A stretch of 63,038 nt of DNA from Candidatus Buchananbacteria bacterium (GCA_041666945.1 JBAYFY010000005.1:1-63038); one strand, 5' to 3'. Shown: positions 38,661 to 46,537, counted from the first letter of the stretch. Numbers and translations are program-made. Notes: a model not told the origin generated them from the letters alone.

Positions 38661-39146
38661 ATGTTATCAATTAAATTATCTCGAACAGGCAAGAAAAAGC
38701 ATCCTTTGTATTCCCTGATCGTCGTGGAAAAATCCAAGGATCCGTGGGGCGATAACGTGGAGAAGTTGGGAACTTATAATCCTCATACCAAAGCGTCGGA
38801 AATTAAAGCTGACCGTGTGGCTTTTTGGATTGGTAAGGGCGCTCAACCGACCGCGACCGTCCATAACTTGTTAGTCAATCTGGGTTTGATTAAAGCTGAA
38901 AAAGTCAGAGCCGGCAAGACCCAGCCGGGCAAAAAGCGCGCCGCGCAATTGGCAGCTGACAAGAAAAATGAAACCGAGGCCCAGGCCAAAACGGAAGCCG
39001 ACGCCAAAGCCGCGGAAGAAGCAGCCAAGGCCGGCAGTGAAGCGCCGGTTGTAGAAGAAGTTGTAGAAGCTCCTACTGGAGTAGCTGCTGAACCAGTTGT
39101 TGAACCGACTGCCGAAGTTTTGACTGAAGAAACAAAAACCGAATAA
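38661..39146 (+). CDS. rpsP: 30S ribosomal protein S16 with ~80-aa Ala/Glu/Lys-rich C-terminal extension
   Basis: MLSIKLSRTGKKKHPLYSLIVVE..GTYNP.. is canonical S16. The remainder is low complexity. Confidence 0.9.
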   Translation: MLSIKLSRTGKKKHPLYSLIVVEKSKDPWGDNVEKLGTYNPHTKASEIKADRVAFWIGKGAQPTATVHNLLVNLGLIKAEKVRAGKTQPGKKRAAQLAADKKNETEAQAKTEADAKAAEEAAKAGSEAPVVEEVVEAPTGVAAEPVVEPTAEVLTEETKTE

Positions 39147-39215
39147 ATTTTTTACAATCCCTTCACCCTCTTTTTTCTCTATTAATCAATATAGGAAGAG
39201 TTAAAAGGGGTTTAA

Positions 39216-39289
39216 GGATCGGTAGCTCAGTTGGTTAGAGCGCTGCCCTGTCACGGCAGAGGTCGCGGGTTCAAATCCCGTCCGATCCG
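39216..39289 (+). tRNA. tRNA-Asp (GUC)
   Basis: Acceptor ggatcgg/ccgatcc, anticodon loop CTGTCAC, T-arm gcggg-ttcaaat-cccgt. Confidence 0.9.
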
Positions 39290-39292
39290 CTT

Positions 39293-39333
39293 AAATAAAA
39301 ATAACCCAGATTTACTCTGGGTTATTTTTATTT
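39293..39333. terminator. bidirectional intrinsic terminator
   Basis: aacccag/ctgggtt stem flanked by aaataaaaat and tatttttattt. Duplicated at 44160-44200. Confidence 0.7.
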
Positions 39334-39344
39334 AAGTAGAATTG

Positions 39345-39512
39345 AAGTCGGGATTTGAACAAGACAGAAACGAGACGAGCTTTGAGCCGGAAGGCGAAAA
39401 GCAAAGTCGAGTGTCGCCGATGTGCCAGTGACACATCGGCGCTGTCTCTGGACGAAACGACGAGTCCGCTTTTGGCGGACGAGGAGTGAGGGATGTTTCT
39501 CGCCCGATCCGC
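39345..39512 (+). ncRNA. candidate structured RNA / small tRNA-linked element, copy A
   Basis: Four-helix arrangement whose differences from copy B (44212-44373) are compensatory. G-U pairs fit the plus strand. A TAGAAT hexamer at 39337-39342 lies upstream and a terminator at 39522-39546 lies downstream. Confidence 0.5.
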
Positions 39513-39521
39513 ATTTTCTAG

Positions 39522-39546
39522 AAATCGCCTTATTGGCGATTTTTTG
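39522..39546 (+). terminator. intrinsic terminator
   Basis: atcgcc/ggcgat stem followed by TTTTT. Confidence 0.6.
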
Positions 39547-39579
39547 GTATAATAAATACATCATACCAATAATAAAATT

Positions 39580-39963
39580 ATGCCTGAGGAAAAATCTGAG
39601 ACAAAAAAAGAAAAAATATCTTATTTTAAGATTTTTCTAATGATTATCGGCATTATTACTATTATTTTTATTTTTTTGGTTATTTTACTATTTATTTATC
39701 TGGTAATTTCCAGACCTCTAGGCATAGACATCAATCCTTTTAATACGACCGGCAGTAGTAACTACGACCATCCGTTATTATCTCCCTCGCAAGAAAAAAT
39801 ATTGCAAACACTAGGCGTGGATTTGGAATCCATACCTACTACTATAACTCCGGTCCAAGAACAGTGCTCGGTGGAAGTATTGGGACAGGATAGAGTAAAC
39901 CAAATCAAATCCGGAGCGGCGCCCTCGCTCAATGATTATTTGAAGGCTAAAAGTTGTTTTTAA
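39580..39963 (+). CDS. small membrane-anchored hypothetical protein
   Basis: 127 aa with one strong TM helix. TATAAT lies 30 nt upstream. Confidence 0.5.
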   Translation: MPEEKSETKKEKISYFKIFLMIIGIITIIFIFLVILLFIYLVISRPLGIDINPFNTTGSSNYDHPLLSPSQEKILQTLGVDLESIPTTITPVQEQCSVEVLGQDRVNQIKSGAAPSLNDYLKAKSCF

Positions 39964-40023
39964 TATATTTAATTAAATTATTTTATTGGCGCCTCATGGC
40001 CCAATAAATCAAAAGGAGAAATT

Positions 40024-40770
40024 ATGAGAAACAAAATTTTGTTAATCGTTATAATAGCGGTCTCTTTCGCTATTGCCGGTGGCGCCTATGCCATCGTCAG
40101 AAGCGGCAGCAACGTAGCTAATAATCAGGTCCAACAGCAGGTCCAGACCGCCAATCAAGCTGAGGGCAGCCAAGTCCAAATCCAGACTCAAACCCAGACT
40201 CAGATTCAAGCTCAGCAACAATTACAGGATGGAAGCGGAACAGAAGCTCAGGTCCCAAACCAGAACCAAATTCAAAATCAGGGTGAGACGGCTCAAGTCC
40301 AGAATAGAGAACAGGAAGGAACTCAGAGCCAAACAGTAACGGCTTCCGCTGCTGTTGAGCAAAGAAAGAGCCAGGTAGCAAACGCTGTGCAGGAAATGTT
40401 ACAGGTAGCCGATAGGAACGGCGACATCGGCCAGCAAGTGCGAGTTATTGCCCAAGCCCAAAATCAAAGCCAGGAAAGATTGGAAGTCAGCCTGCAGAAA
40501 GTCCAGGGCCGGGGTGGGGTCGCCAAATTTTTCATCGGTCCGAATTATGACGAGATAAATAGTGCAAAAAGAATACTACAGCAGAATCGCGAACAGATCA
40601 GCCGATTAAAACAGCTCCAGAACCAGCTGGCCAATCAGGGCGACCAACAGCAATTAACACAGCAGATACAGCTTCTTGAACAAATCCATATGGGAATGGA
40701 GAGTTCCTTGCAGGCGTCCGAGAAAGGTTTCAGTCTGTTGGGTTGGATGTTCAAGTTATTTGCTAAATAA
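40024..40770 (+). CDS. secreted/anchored Gln-rich repeat protein, hypothetical
   Basis: 248 aa with an N-terminal hydrophobic helix, QTQTQTQIQAQQQ repeats and SD GGAG. Confidence 0.5.
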   Translation: MRNKILLIVIIAVSFAIAGGAYAIVRSGSNVANNQVQQQVQTANQAEGSQVQIQTQTQTQIQAQQQLQDGSGTEAQVPNQNQIQNQGETAQVQNREQEGTQSQTVTASAAVEQRKSQVANAVQEMLQVADRNGDIGQQVRVIAQAQNQSQERLEVSLQKVQGRGGVAKFFIGPNYDEINSAKRILQQNREQISRLKQLQNQLANQGDQQQLTQQIQLLEQIHMGMESSLQASEKGFSLLGWMFKLFAK

Positions 40771-40797
40771 TCAAACACTACTGGAAATATAAACAGG

Positions 40798-40829
40798 GCT
40801 GCCGTAACACTGCCAACGGCAGCTTTTTA
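40798..40829 (+). terminator. intrinsic terminator
   Basis: gctgccg/cggcagc stem followed by TTTTT. Confidence 0.65.
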
Positions 40830-40846
40830 TTTAAATATAATATTAC

Positions 40847-40893
40847 TTAATTCTACCCAATCTATTTTTCCAAAATCACCCCGTAAGCCCCGC
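40847..40893 (+). repeat. cassette-boundary repeat R1
   Basis: ttaattctacccaatctatttttccaaaatcaccccgtaagccccgc. Confidence 0.8.
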
Positions 40894-40975
40894 CCACGAA
40901 GAACGCCTCATAACCGGGGTGTTTTTTAATACCGAGAATGGGACGATGGAATCGATTGAAGATTTATGCAAATTG

Positions 40976-41008
40976 AAAACACCGAGAATTTTTTTGTTCT
41001 CGGCGTGT
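40976..41008 (-). terminator. conserved terminator-hairpin module T1
   Basis: aacaccgaga/tctcggcgtgtt, with a T-run on the minus strand. It follows the stop of 41022..41657. Confidence 0.6.
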
Positions 41009-41021
41009 TTGTGTTTATTGA

Positions 41022-41657
41022 TTATCGAACTACTATGCCTAACTCTTTCAATTGTGTCACTACTTCTTGCGTCCTAGAGGTAATGGCGTTAAAGGTTCTT
41101 GTATTTATTCCTATATTAGGAATCACAACTAATGATTGGATCAGCTCTATCTCCGGCCGAGGAATCACACGCATTCGCGGTATTACATCAAGCATCCAGG
41201 GCGTTTTATGAGGTGGGTTACTAAGCGCAACTTCAATAACACCATCATAATCGTGCATTCCACCTTGATAGCCACGGTTCTCCAATAGAGAGCAACACGC
41301 ATCAATGGCTCCGACAAGCATATCTTCATCTGAGGCATCTAACGCCTGCTTGGCTGTATCCTCGGGGTTGGGATCATTCCACTTTCTGTGATGGTATTGT
41401 TTCCTATGTAAATTTAATGCCGGCAAAATATATGTCGTAAAATCGACTTTTGGGTTTCTATATTGCAATGCAAAACATTTGATAATATCCCAGTCAAATT
41501 TATTACCAACGCCGGTCAGATCGTGTGGTCTCTCTGGGTCAAAGTTACCCAGCGTTAGTTTTTCCAGAAAGTATTCTACGTGACACGAGTGCTGAATGGT
41601 TGATAATAGCCATTTGATAATCTCTTCTCTTGTTGGCAACAAATTTTCTGCTGACAT
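41022..41657 (-). CDS. hypothetical protein (possible DUF5662-like His-rich helical protein)
   Basis: ..RPHDLTGVGNKFDWD....LHRKQYHHRKW... The start was set at MSAENL (41657) because the promoter -10 at 41744-41739 leaves the upstream ATG at 41735 essentially leaderless. Confidence 0.45.
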   Translation of the reverse strand: MSAENLLPTREEIIKWLLSTIQHSCHVEYFLEKLTLGNFDPERPHDLTGVGNKFDWDIIKCFALQYRNPKVDFTTYILPALNLHRKQYHHRKWNDPNPEDTAKQALDASDEDMLVGAIDACCSLLENRGYQGGMHDYDGVIEVALSNPPHKTPWMLDVIPRMRVIPRPEIELIQSLVVIPNIGINTRTFNAITSRTQEVVTQLKELGIVVR

Positions 41658-41738
41658 TATTCTTTCCCTTTCGTTGTTTGGGCTTCCACCAAAATTATCC
41701 ACCTTGTTAAAGACCGATTTTGTGATTACTAACATTGC

Positions 41739-41767
41739 AGTTTATCATAATGATTTTATCTTGTCAA
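41739..41767 (-). promoter_or_regulatory. promoter for 41022..41657
   Basis: Minus strand TTGACA (41767-41762), N17, TAAACT (41744-41739). Confidence 0.5.
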
Positions 41768-41856
41768 GGACTGAGTCTATGTTTTCTATAATCTTTATTA
41801 CAATTATCAATTCAAGTTCTAATATCGTCTATTACCCTCCGCAGAATGGAACGATA

Positions 41857-41990
41857 TAAAAAGGCCTATTTTTGTAGGTTTTTTTGGTTGATTTATGGTT
41901 AGGGCGGACCTGCCTGCCGACAGGCAGGCGGGACGGAGAGTATTTTCGAAAAATTAAAACGCCGAGAACTTCCTTGTCCTCGGCGTTGTT
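41857..41990. repeat. ~135-bp intergenic module M1 (contains 20-bp palindrome 41909-41928 and terminator hairpin T2 41958-41987)
   Basis: Aligns over its whole length with 45602-45733. Confidence 0.75.
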
Positions 41991-42009
41991 AAGTACGATT
42001 ATTGATGGT

Positions 42010-42474
42010 TTAAGATGTTGCCAGCTCGCCATCAAAGTGATGGTAATTCAGTTCTATGTAGGGCAGAGTGGCACAGGTTTGGGCGAAACGTTCAAAAGTA
42101 TTTTTGTCCATTAAGAGGACACAGGAAGGCAGTTCCTTGATCAAATCTATCAGGCCTTCTTCTGTTTCTTGCCCAGGTGTCTCATCAATGGAACACGTCA
42201 TTATTTGTCCCCGTCCCGACTCAAAGACAAAAATCTCCCATCTTTTAACGCCGTCATCTCCAATTGCGTTGGGCTCGCCTCGAACTACCTTGAAGGGGTT
42301 GATGTAATTTTTATCTTTAGGTCGCAAATGCAAACAGCCAAATCGACTGGAAATTCCACTCAGCTTAGAGCGGGGAGCTTGACTATCTATCATAAATTTG
42401 AAACTGTAAACGCCAGTTTCTTTAATACTGGTTCCAGTAATCACAAACAATTTGGTGCGCGCTTCATCAGTCAT
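42010..42474 (-). CDS. hypothetical protein
   Basis: The start at MTDEAR overlaps the upstream stop (aATGACTGA), indicating translational coupling with 42467..43084. Confidence 0.5.
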   Translation of the reverse strand: MTDEARTKLFVITGTSIKETGVYSFKFMIDSQAPRSKLSGISSRFGCLHLRPKDKNYINPFKVVRGEPNAIGDDGVKRWEIFVFESGRGQIMTCSIDETPGQETEEGLIDLIKELPSCVLLMDKNTFERFAQTCATLPYIELNYHHFDGELATS

Positions 42475-43084
42475 TAGTCCCCTCACTTTCCTTTGTGTTG
42501 GTGGTTTTAATTTGATAATACGACATAACCAAAAGCATAATAGACACTAATGTAATTGTTCGGATAGAATATACTGCCGCCAGTATGTTGCCGCCCACAA
42601 TTGATGGGTAGAGTGCCAGCATACCAGTAAGAAGCCCACCAGTCCAGGTGACAAATGATTCAGTATTCCGCTTCTCCTTAATTAGGTTGTGCACCGTCGG
42701 AATGTAGCCGATGCTTATGAGTACTTGGGTGAAGATGTTTGAACTCCAGGCATCTCCGGTCAATACACCATAAACAATCACCAAGCCGATTCCCACCAAG
42801 TACCATTTCTCAAATGGTTTGAACTTCAGTCCTCGTTCGCCTCCGATCACAAGAGTGAGTAAAATAATGATGCACACGCCCGTGTCCATGGTGTTGAGAA
42901 CTCCGGATTGAAAATCGTGATGTTCAGCAATAGCATAAGTGGCCAAACTTAGACCTGTTCCCAGAACGAAAATAATCCAGGTAGATAGCGCCGGGCTAAT
43001 CTTCCGCCTGTGGATTTGGACTATATACCAAGTTGAATCGAATAGCATCACGGCTATCACTAGAAGAACAAAAAATTCTTTCAT
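42467..43084 (-). CDS. six-TM membrane protein with two internal repeats (PQ-loop/SWEET-like?)
   Basis: 205 aa. Two similar segments: YIVQIHRRKISPALSTWIIF..G..L..Y and YIPTVHNLIKEKRNTESFVTWTG..L..Y. Confidence 0.55.
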   Translation of the reverse strand: MKEFFVLLVIAVMLFDSTWYIVQIHRRKISPALSTWIIFVLGTGLSLATYAIAEHHDFQSGVLNTMDTGVCIIILLTLVIGGERGLKFKPFEKWYLVGIGLVIVYGVLTGDAWSSNIFTQVLISIGYIPTVHNLIKEKRNTESFVTWTGGLLTGMLALYPSIVGGNILAAVYSIRTITLVSIMLLVMSYYQIKTTNTKESEGTND

Positions 43085-43145
43085 CTACCAGACCCCCCAT
43101 TGTTGATATATTTTTTGATTGGAAAGTGCAAATCCTTAATATGAC

Positions 43146-43174
43146 ATTATAGCATATCAAATTATTTTTGTCAA
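43146..43174 (-). promoter_or_regulatory. promoter for the 43084-42010 two-gene unit
   Basis: Minus strand TTGACA (43174-43169), N17, TATAAT (43151-43146). Confidence 0.6.
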
Positions 43175-43185
43175 ATAGTGAGAAT

Positions 43186-43222
43186 TTAATTCTAATTCCA
43201 CCCAATCAATTTTTCCAAAATC
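43186..43222 (+). repeat. cassette-boundary repeat R2 (3' part missing)
   Basis: ttaattctaattccacccaatcaatttttccaaaatc. Confidence 0.75.
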
Positions 43223-43267
43223 TCTACTTTAGTAATTTTTTTTATAAAAATGAGACACATCATGACT

Positions 43268-43960
43268 TTAATCATATATGCCATCAAAATAGTATATAAT
43301 TTTTCCCGTCATTGCATCAACTATTGTCTCATCAAGTGATCCACCCAATTTTAAAAAAGGGCTATCAGCAGAATCTTCACCACCATTGTTTTTGTTATTC
43401 CTAGTAATCATCCAAACCAATTGGTATTCTTGTATATCCTTACCTTGGGATAAATATTTATCTCTAAAGCCTAGTTCAGCGCTGAAGTCGTTTAATTCTA
43501 ATTTATATTTACGTTTAATCTTAATGACAGCTTCTTCCGGTGAAATTTTAGGCTCAAGAGAGTCTATGTCAACATGAGCCACATCACCGACTAAGTAACG
43601 AATGAGCCCATCTTTTCTAAAATGATAATATAGGTCACTATAAAAAATAGTCAAACCATTATATAATTGTAGGGCTTTAATTACATGTCCGTCATTGTCG
43701 TTTCCTTTTAAATCATAAATCCATAAATCTTTATTAAAGTCTTCACTAATATTGTTTTTGTCAAAAAGTTCTTTTGCCTTAATTAGTTCTGCAGTTGATA
43801 AATTATGGTTAGTGTGGGGCTGAATTACTTCAACAGTTATATTATCTAATTGTAGATCTGGCTTAAATAATTTATTCCTGATATTACCTTGAAAAATAAT
43901 AAATAATGCAACAAAAATAACAATAAAAATGATGGCAGTTACTATTATTTTTTTGTTCAT
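43268..43960 (-). CDS. membrane-anchored protein with PepSY-like C-terminal region, hypothetical
   Basis: 230 aa with an N-terminal TM helix, ..ISPEEAVIKIKRKY.. and ..VDAMTGKIIYY... Visibly more AT-rich than its neighbours. Confidence 0.5.
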   Translation of the reverse strand: MNKKIIVTAIIFIVIFVALFIIFQGNIRNKLFKPDLQLDNITVEVIQPHTNHNLSTAELIKAKELFDKNNISEDFNKDLWIYDLKGNDNDGHVIKALQLYNGLTIFYSDLYYHFRKDGLIRYLVGDVAHVDIDSLEPKISPEEAVIKIKRKYKLELNDFSAELGFRDKYLSQGKDIQEYQLVWMITRNNKNNGGEDSADSPFLKLGGSLDETIVDAMTGKIIYYFDGIYD

Positions 43961-44110
43961 AATTTTATCTCAATAAGTAATAAATTAATTTCATTATGTC
44001 ATATTAATAAAAAGAAGTAAATAATTTGTTAATTTTTCAATTAAATTCTTCGACTGGCCGTAATTCTGAATCAAATCCATTTCCCATGTTTTTTATAATG
44101 GGACACTTGT

Positions 44111-44157
44111 TTAATTTTTCCCAATCAATTTTTCCAAAATCGCCCCGTAAGCCCCGC
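44111..44157 (+). repeat. cassette-boundary repeat R3
   Basis: ttaatttttcccaatcaatttttccaaaatcgccccgtaagccccgc. It abuts the duplicated tRNA-Asp terminator. Confidence 0.8.
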
Positions 44158-44159
44158 TT

Positions 44160-44200
44160 AAATAAAAATAACCCAGAATAAATCTGGGTTATTTTTATTT
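44160..44200. terminator. duplicate of the tRNA-Asp bidirectional terminator
   Basis: 44158-44220 equals 39291-39353 except for 3 loop positions. Confidence 0.65.
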
Positions 44201-44211
44201 AAGTAGAATTG

Positions 44212-44373
44212 AAGTCGGGACTCGAACAGGACAGGAGTGAAATAAGATTTTTGGCGGAAGACAAAAATCGCAGTTGAGTGTCGCCAATCATTGATAATGA
44301 TTGGTGCTGTCCCAGGACAAGAGAGGTCGTTGCGTTTTGGTGACGACTGAACGCGGAAGTCCCGCCTGTCCGC
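44212..44373 (+). ncRNA. candidate structured RNA / small tRNA-linked element, copy B
   Basis: Same helix order as copy A with compensatory substitutions. TAGAAT lies at 44204-44209. Confidence 0.5.
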
Positions 44374-44401
44374 CTTTGGCAGGCCCATTCAGTAAAATGA
44401 A

Positions 44402-44429
44402 AACGCCGAGAGTATTTCATCTCGGCGTT
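44402..44429 (-). terminator. conserved terminator-hairpin module T3
   Basis: aacgccgaga/tctcggcgtt, with a T-run on the minus strand after the stop of 44440..45384. Confidence 0.65.
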
Positions 44430-44439
44430 GAATGAATGA

Positions 44440-45384
44440 TCAACCATTAACAAAACATTGTCGCGCTACGATCCCAAGTAAGCGCATCAGTTGCTCTTTA
44501 TTCCAGGCGTGGACTTCAAGCTCAAAGGATATTTCAGCATTTCCATGCCAGTTGCTGCCATCCCAGTAGGTATTGTTGTATTCATCGACTGTGACCGCTC
44601 GGAGTTGTTTTGTTTCAAATCCATTCGGGGCTTGAATCTTGATTGAATAAACGCGCTTGCGAGGCCCGAGCTTAATTGTGTTGTTGCCAAGTTTGAAACA
44701 GTACCATGGCTCATTTGCCGCGCCGCAGTATTCATTCGGGACTTCCTCGCGGGCGATGCTTTCGACGCCAAGGTTGTTGGCCAATTCCGTGAAGACATGG
44801 TTGAAAAAGTCGTCATGCCGGACGCGAATCGGGTCGGACGGTTGAGTCAGTACAAGTGTTTCTTCCCGCGGTACCCACCGCCAAATACCAGCAGATGTCT
44901 GTACATAGCAAGTGATTCCTTCTGGCATTTGCGCCGGAATGGGTGGGCATTCAAATCCCACTGGAATACGATAGCTATGTTGAGTGTAGAGTTCATCAAA
45001 AATCTTTCTCCATTCCTCGTGTTTGTCTTCTGGAACATCCTCACCTTTTGTGCCAATCGGCAGATCTAACTTCTGACAGGCACTCTGCCAGCAAGCTTCT
45101 TCGAGCGGTTTTCGCGCTTGTTTGATTTTTTCCCAACGCGCTCGCCACGTCGGCAAGACCGTTTTGTTTACCCAATCAATCGCTGATTGCGGTATGTGGT
45201 CGCTTTTCTCATTCGGAATAATGAAGATGTTTCCGCCGCCGGCCGATATGAATGTCGATATGCCGCCACAGGCGAGGCAACGCATTCCACGCTGTTGAAG
45301 TTCTGATCCAAAGTATCCGCCGTGATCTTGCCAATCGTTTTTGCCGCACACGCAATTCGGCGTGCTTTCCATTCCTGTTGCCAT
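44440..45384 (-). CDS. hypothetical protein with N-terminal Cys-x-Cys...Cys-x2-Cys ribbon
   Basis: 314-aa ORF with CVCGKNDW...CLACGG. Confidence 0.5.
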   Translation of the reverse strand: MATGMESTPNCVCGKNDWQDHGGYFGSELQQRGMRCLACGGISTFISAGGGNIFIIPNEKSDHIPQSAIDWVNKTVLPTWRARWEKIKQARKPLEEACWQSACQKLDLPIGTKGEDVPEDKHEEWRKIFDELYTQHSYRIPVGFECPPIPAQMPEGITCYVQTSAGIWRWVPREETLVLTQPSDPIRVRHDDFFNHVFTELANNLGVESIAREEVPNEYCGAANEPWYCFKLGNNTIKLGPRKRVYSIKIQAPNGFETKQLRAVTVDEYNNTYWDGSNWHGNAEISFELEVHAWNKEQLMRLLGIVARQCFVNG

Positions 45385-45601
45385 AAGCTGTCTCCTTTCG
45401 TTGGGGTTGGATTGATGGGTTAAATACTCTTAAATGTTAATGTGCTCTTTTGTAATTAGACACTTATTGACTAATAAGACACTATATATTTATATTATTT
45501 TGGGTAGTTTGTCAAATATTTATTTTTGGCATTTCAAAACCCCCCCCCACCCACTCAGGTAGGTTCTAACATCGTCCAAAGCTCTCCGCTTTAGAATGAT
45601 A

Positions 45602-45733
45602 CAAAAGGCCTAATTTCATAGATTTTTTTATTGATTTGCGGCTATGGCGGACCTGCCTGCCGGCAGGCAGGCGGGACGAAGGAGATTTTAGGAAAATGAA
45701 AACGCCGGGGACATCATTGTCCTCGGCGTTGGT
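45602..45733. repeat. ~135-bp intergenic module M2 (palindrome 45652-45671, terminator hairpin T4 45701-45730)
   Basis: Aligns with 41857-41990. Confidence 0.75.
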
Positions 45734-45736
45734 GTG

Positions 45737-46537
45737 CTATAGAATCTCGCTGGCTTTTCCGATGGCCTCCCTGGTTTCCAAAATAAAGTCCAGAATGGCT
45801 TTAATTGCCACAGAAAGAGTCCGAGCTTCATCTACCTTAATCCGGAACCAAACGATATCAATCATATCGAATATCTCTCGTGTGGCCTTAAACACGCGCA
45901 AATGGTGTGATTGCTGGGAGGGGCAATATAGTTCAATGTGTTTCTTGCAATCTTTTTTGAACTCTTCAACCAATTGTTTGGCGATTTCAGTGGCTTTTTG
46001 CAGATCTTCTTTCTTATTTTCGCCGACAACGTCACGAATCTCCAGAAAGCTGTCAAAGTCGAGTGAAGCGAATGGTAAATTTTTTGGAGAAAAAATAAAC
46101 AAATGCAGGAAATCAATCAACTTGTCTATTTGTTGGTTAAACCTTGCATACCAGATGAAAAATAGTAGCAAACCGGCCGGTTCAGGTTGATTACCCAAGA
46201 AAAAACTGGCGCGACGTTTGTGGGGATCGAAAAATCCAGTAAATTGTAGACAGTCATTGGGATCAAACATTCTTATTCTGGTGAAATGATTACATTCGCA
46301 CTCATGAGACATGAATTTATCTTGCTGGATGAATTCCAATTGCACACAGCCAGGATTTTCGGTTAGTCCTCGATGATAGCTGTCCCAACCGAAGACAACA
46401 CTCTTATTCCCTTTGCTAAAATAAAGTGTTTCACCTAGGACACAGAATTTCTGCCAGTCCCAGATTGATGGGCAGTGATCCGGTATGAACAGCTTGGCCT
46501 CCAACTCTTGTTTGCGCTTGTCGTCTTCAGAAGTCAT
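45737..46537 (-). CDS. hypothetical protein
   Basis: The start was set at MTSEDD (46537), which is preceded by a strong SD AAGGAGGAAG. The track ORF extends to 46612. Confidence 0.5.
   Translation of the reverse strand: MTSEDDKRKQELEAKLFIPDHCPSIWDWQKFCVLGETLYFSKGNKSVVFGWDSYHRGLTENPGCVQLEFIQQDKFMSHECECNHFTRIRMFDPNDCLQFTGFFDPHKRRASFFLGNQPEPAGLLLFFIWYARFNQQIDKLIDFLHLFIFSPKNLPFASLDFDSFLEIRDVVGENKKEDLQKATEIAKQLVEEFKKDCKKHIELYCPSQQSHHLRVFKATREIFDMIDIVWFRIKVDEARTLSVAIKAILDFILETREAIGKASEIL

Noticed and set aside
39328-39640. Three overlapping track ORFs (39328..39564 -, 39332..39514 -, 39422..39640 +), plus 44158..44388 and 44199..44453 on the second copy
   Set aside because: They cover the repeated structured element. 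Differences between the two copies are paired-helix compensations and indels that do not preserve any reading frame.
41884-42114. Plus-strand ORFs starting in the GC-rich palindrome (also 45636..46190, 50408..50593 and 41832..42035)
   Set aside because: The shared ..CLP(A/T)GRR.. peptides are simply translations of the CCTGCCTGCCGNCAGGCAGG repeat and the terminator module. The ORFs then run antisense through real minus-strand genes.
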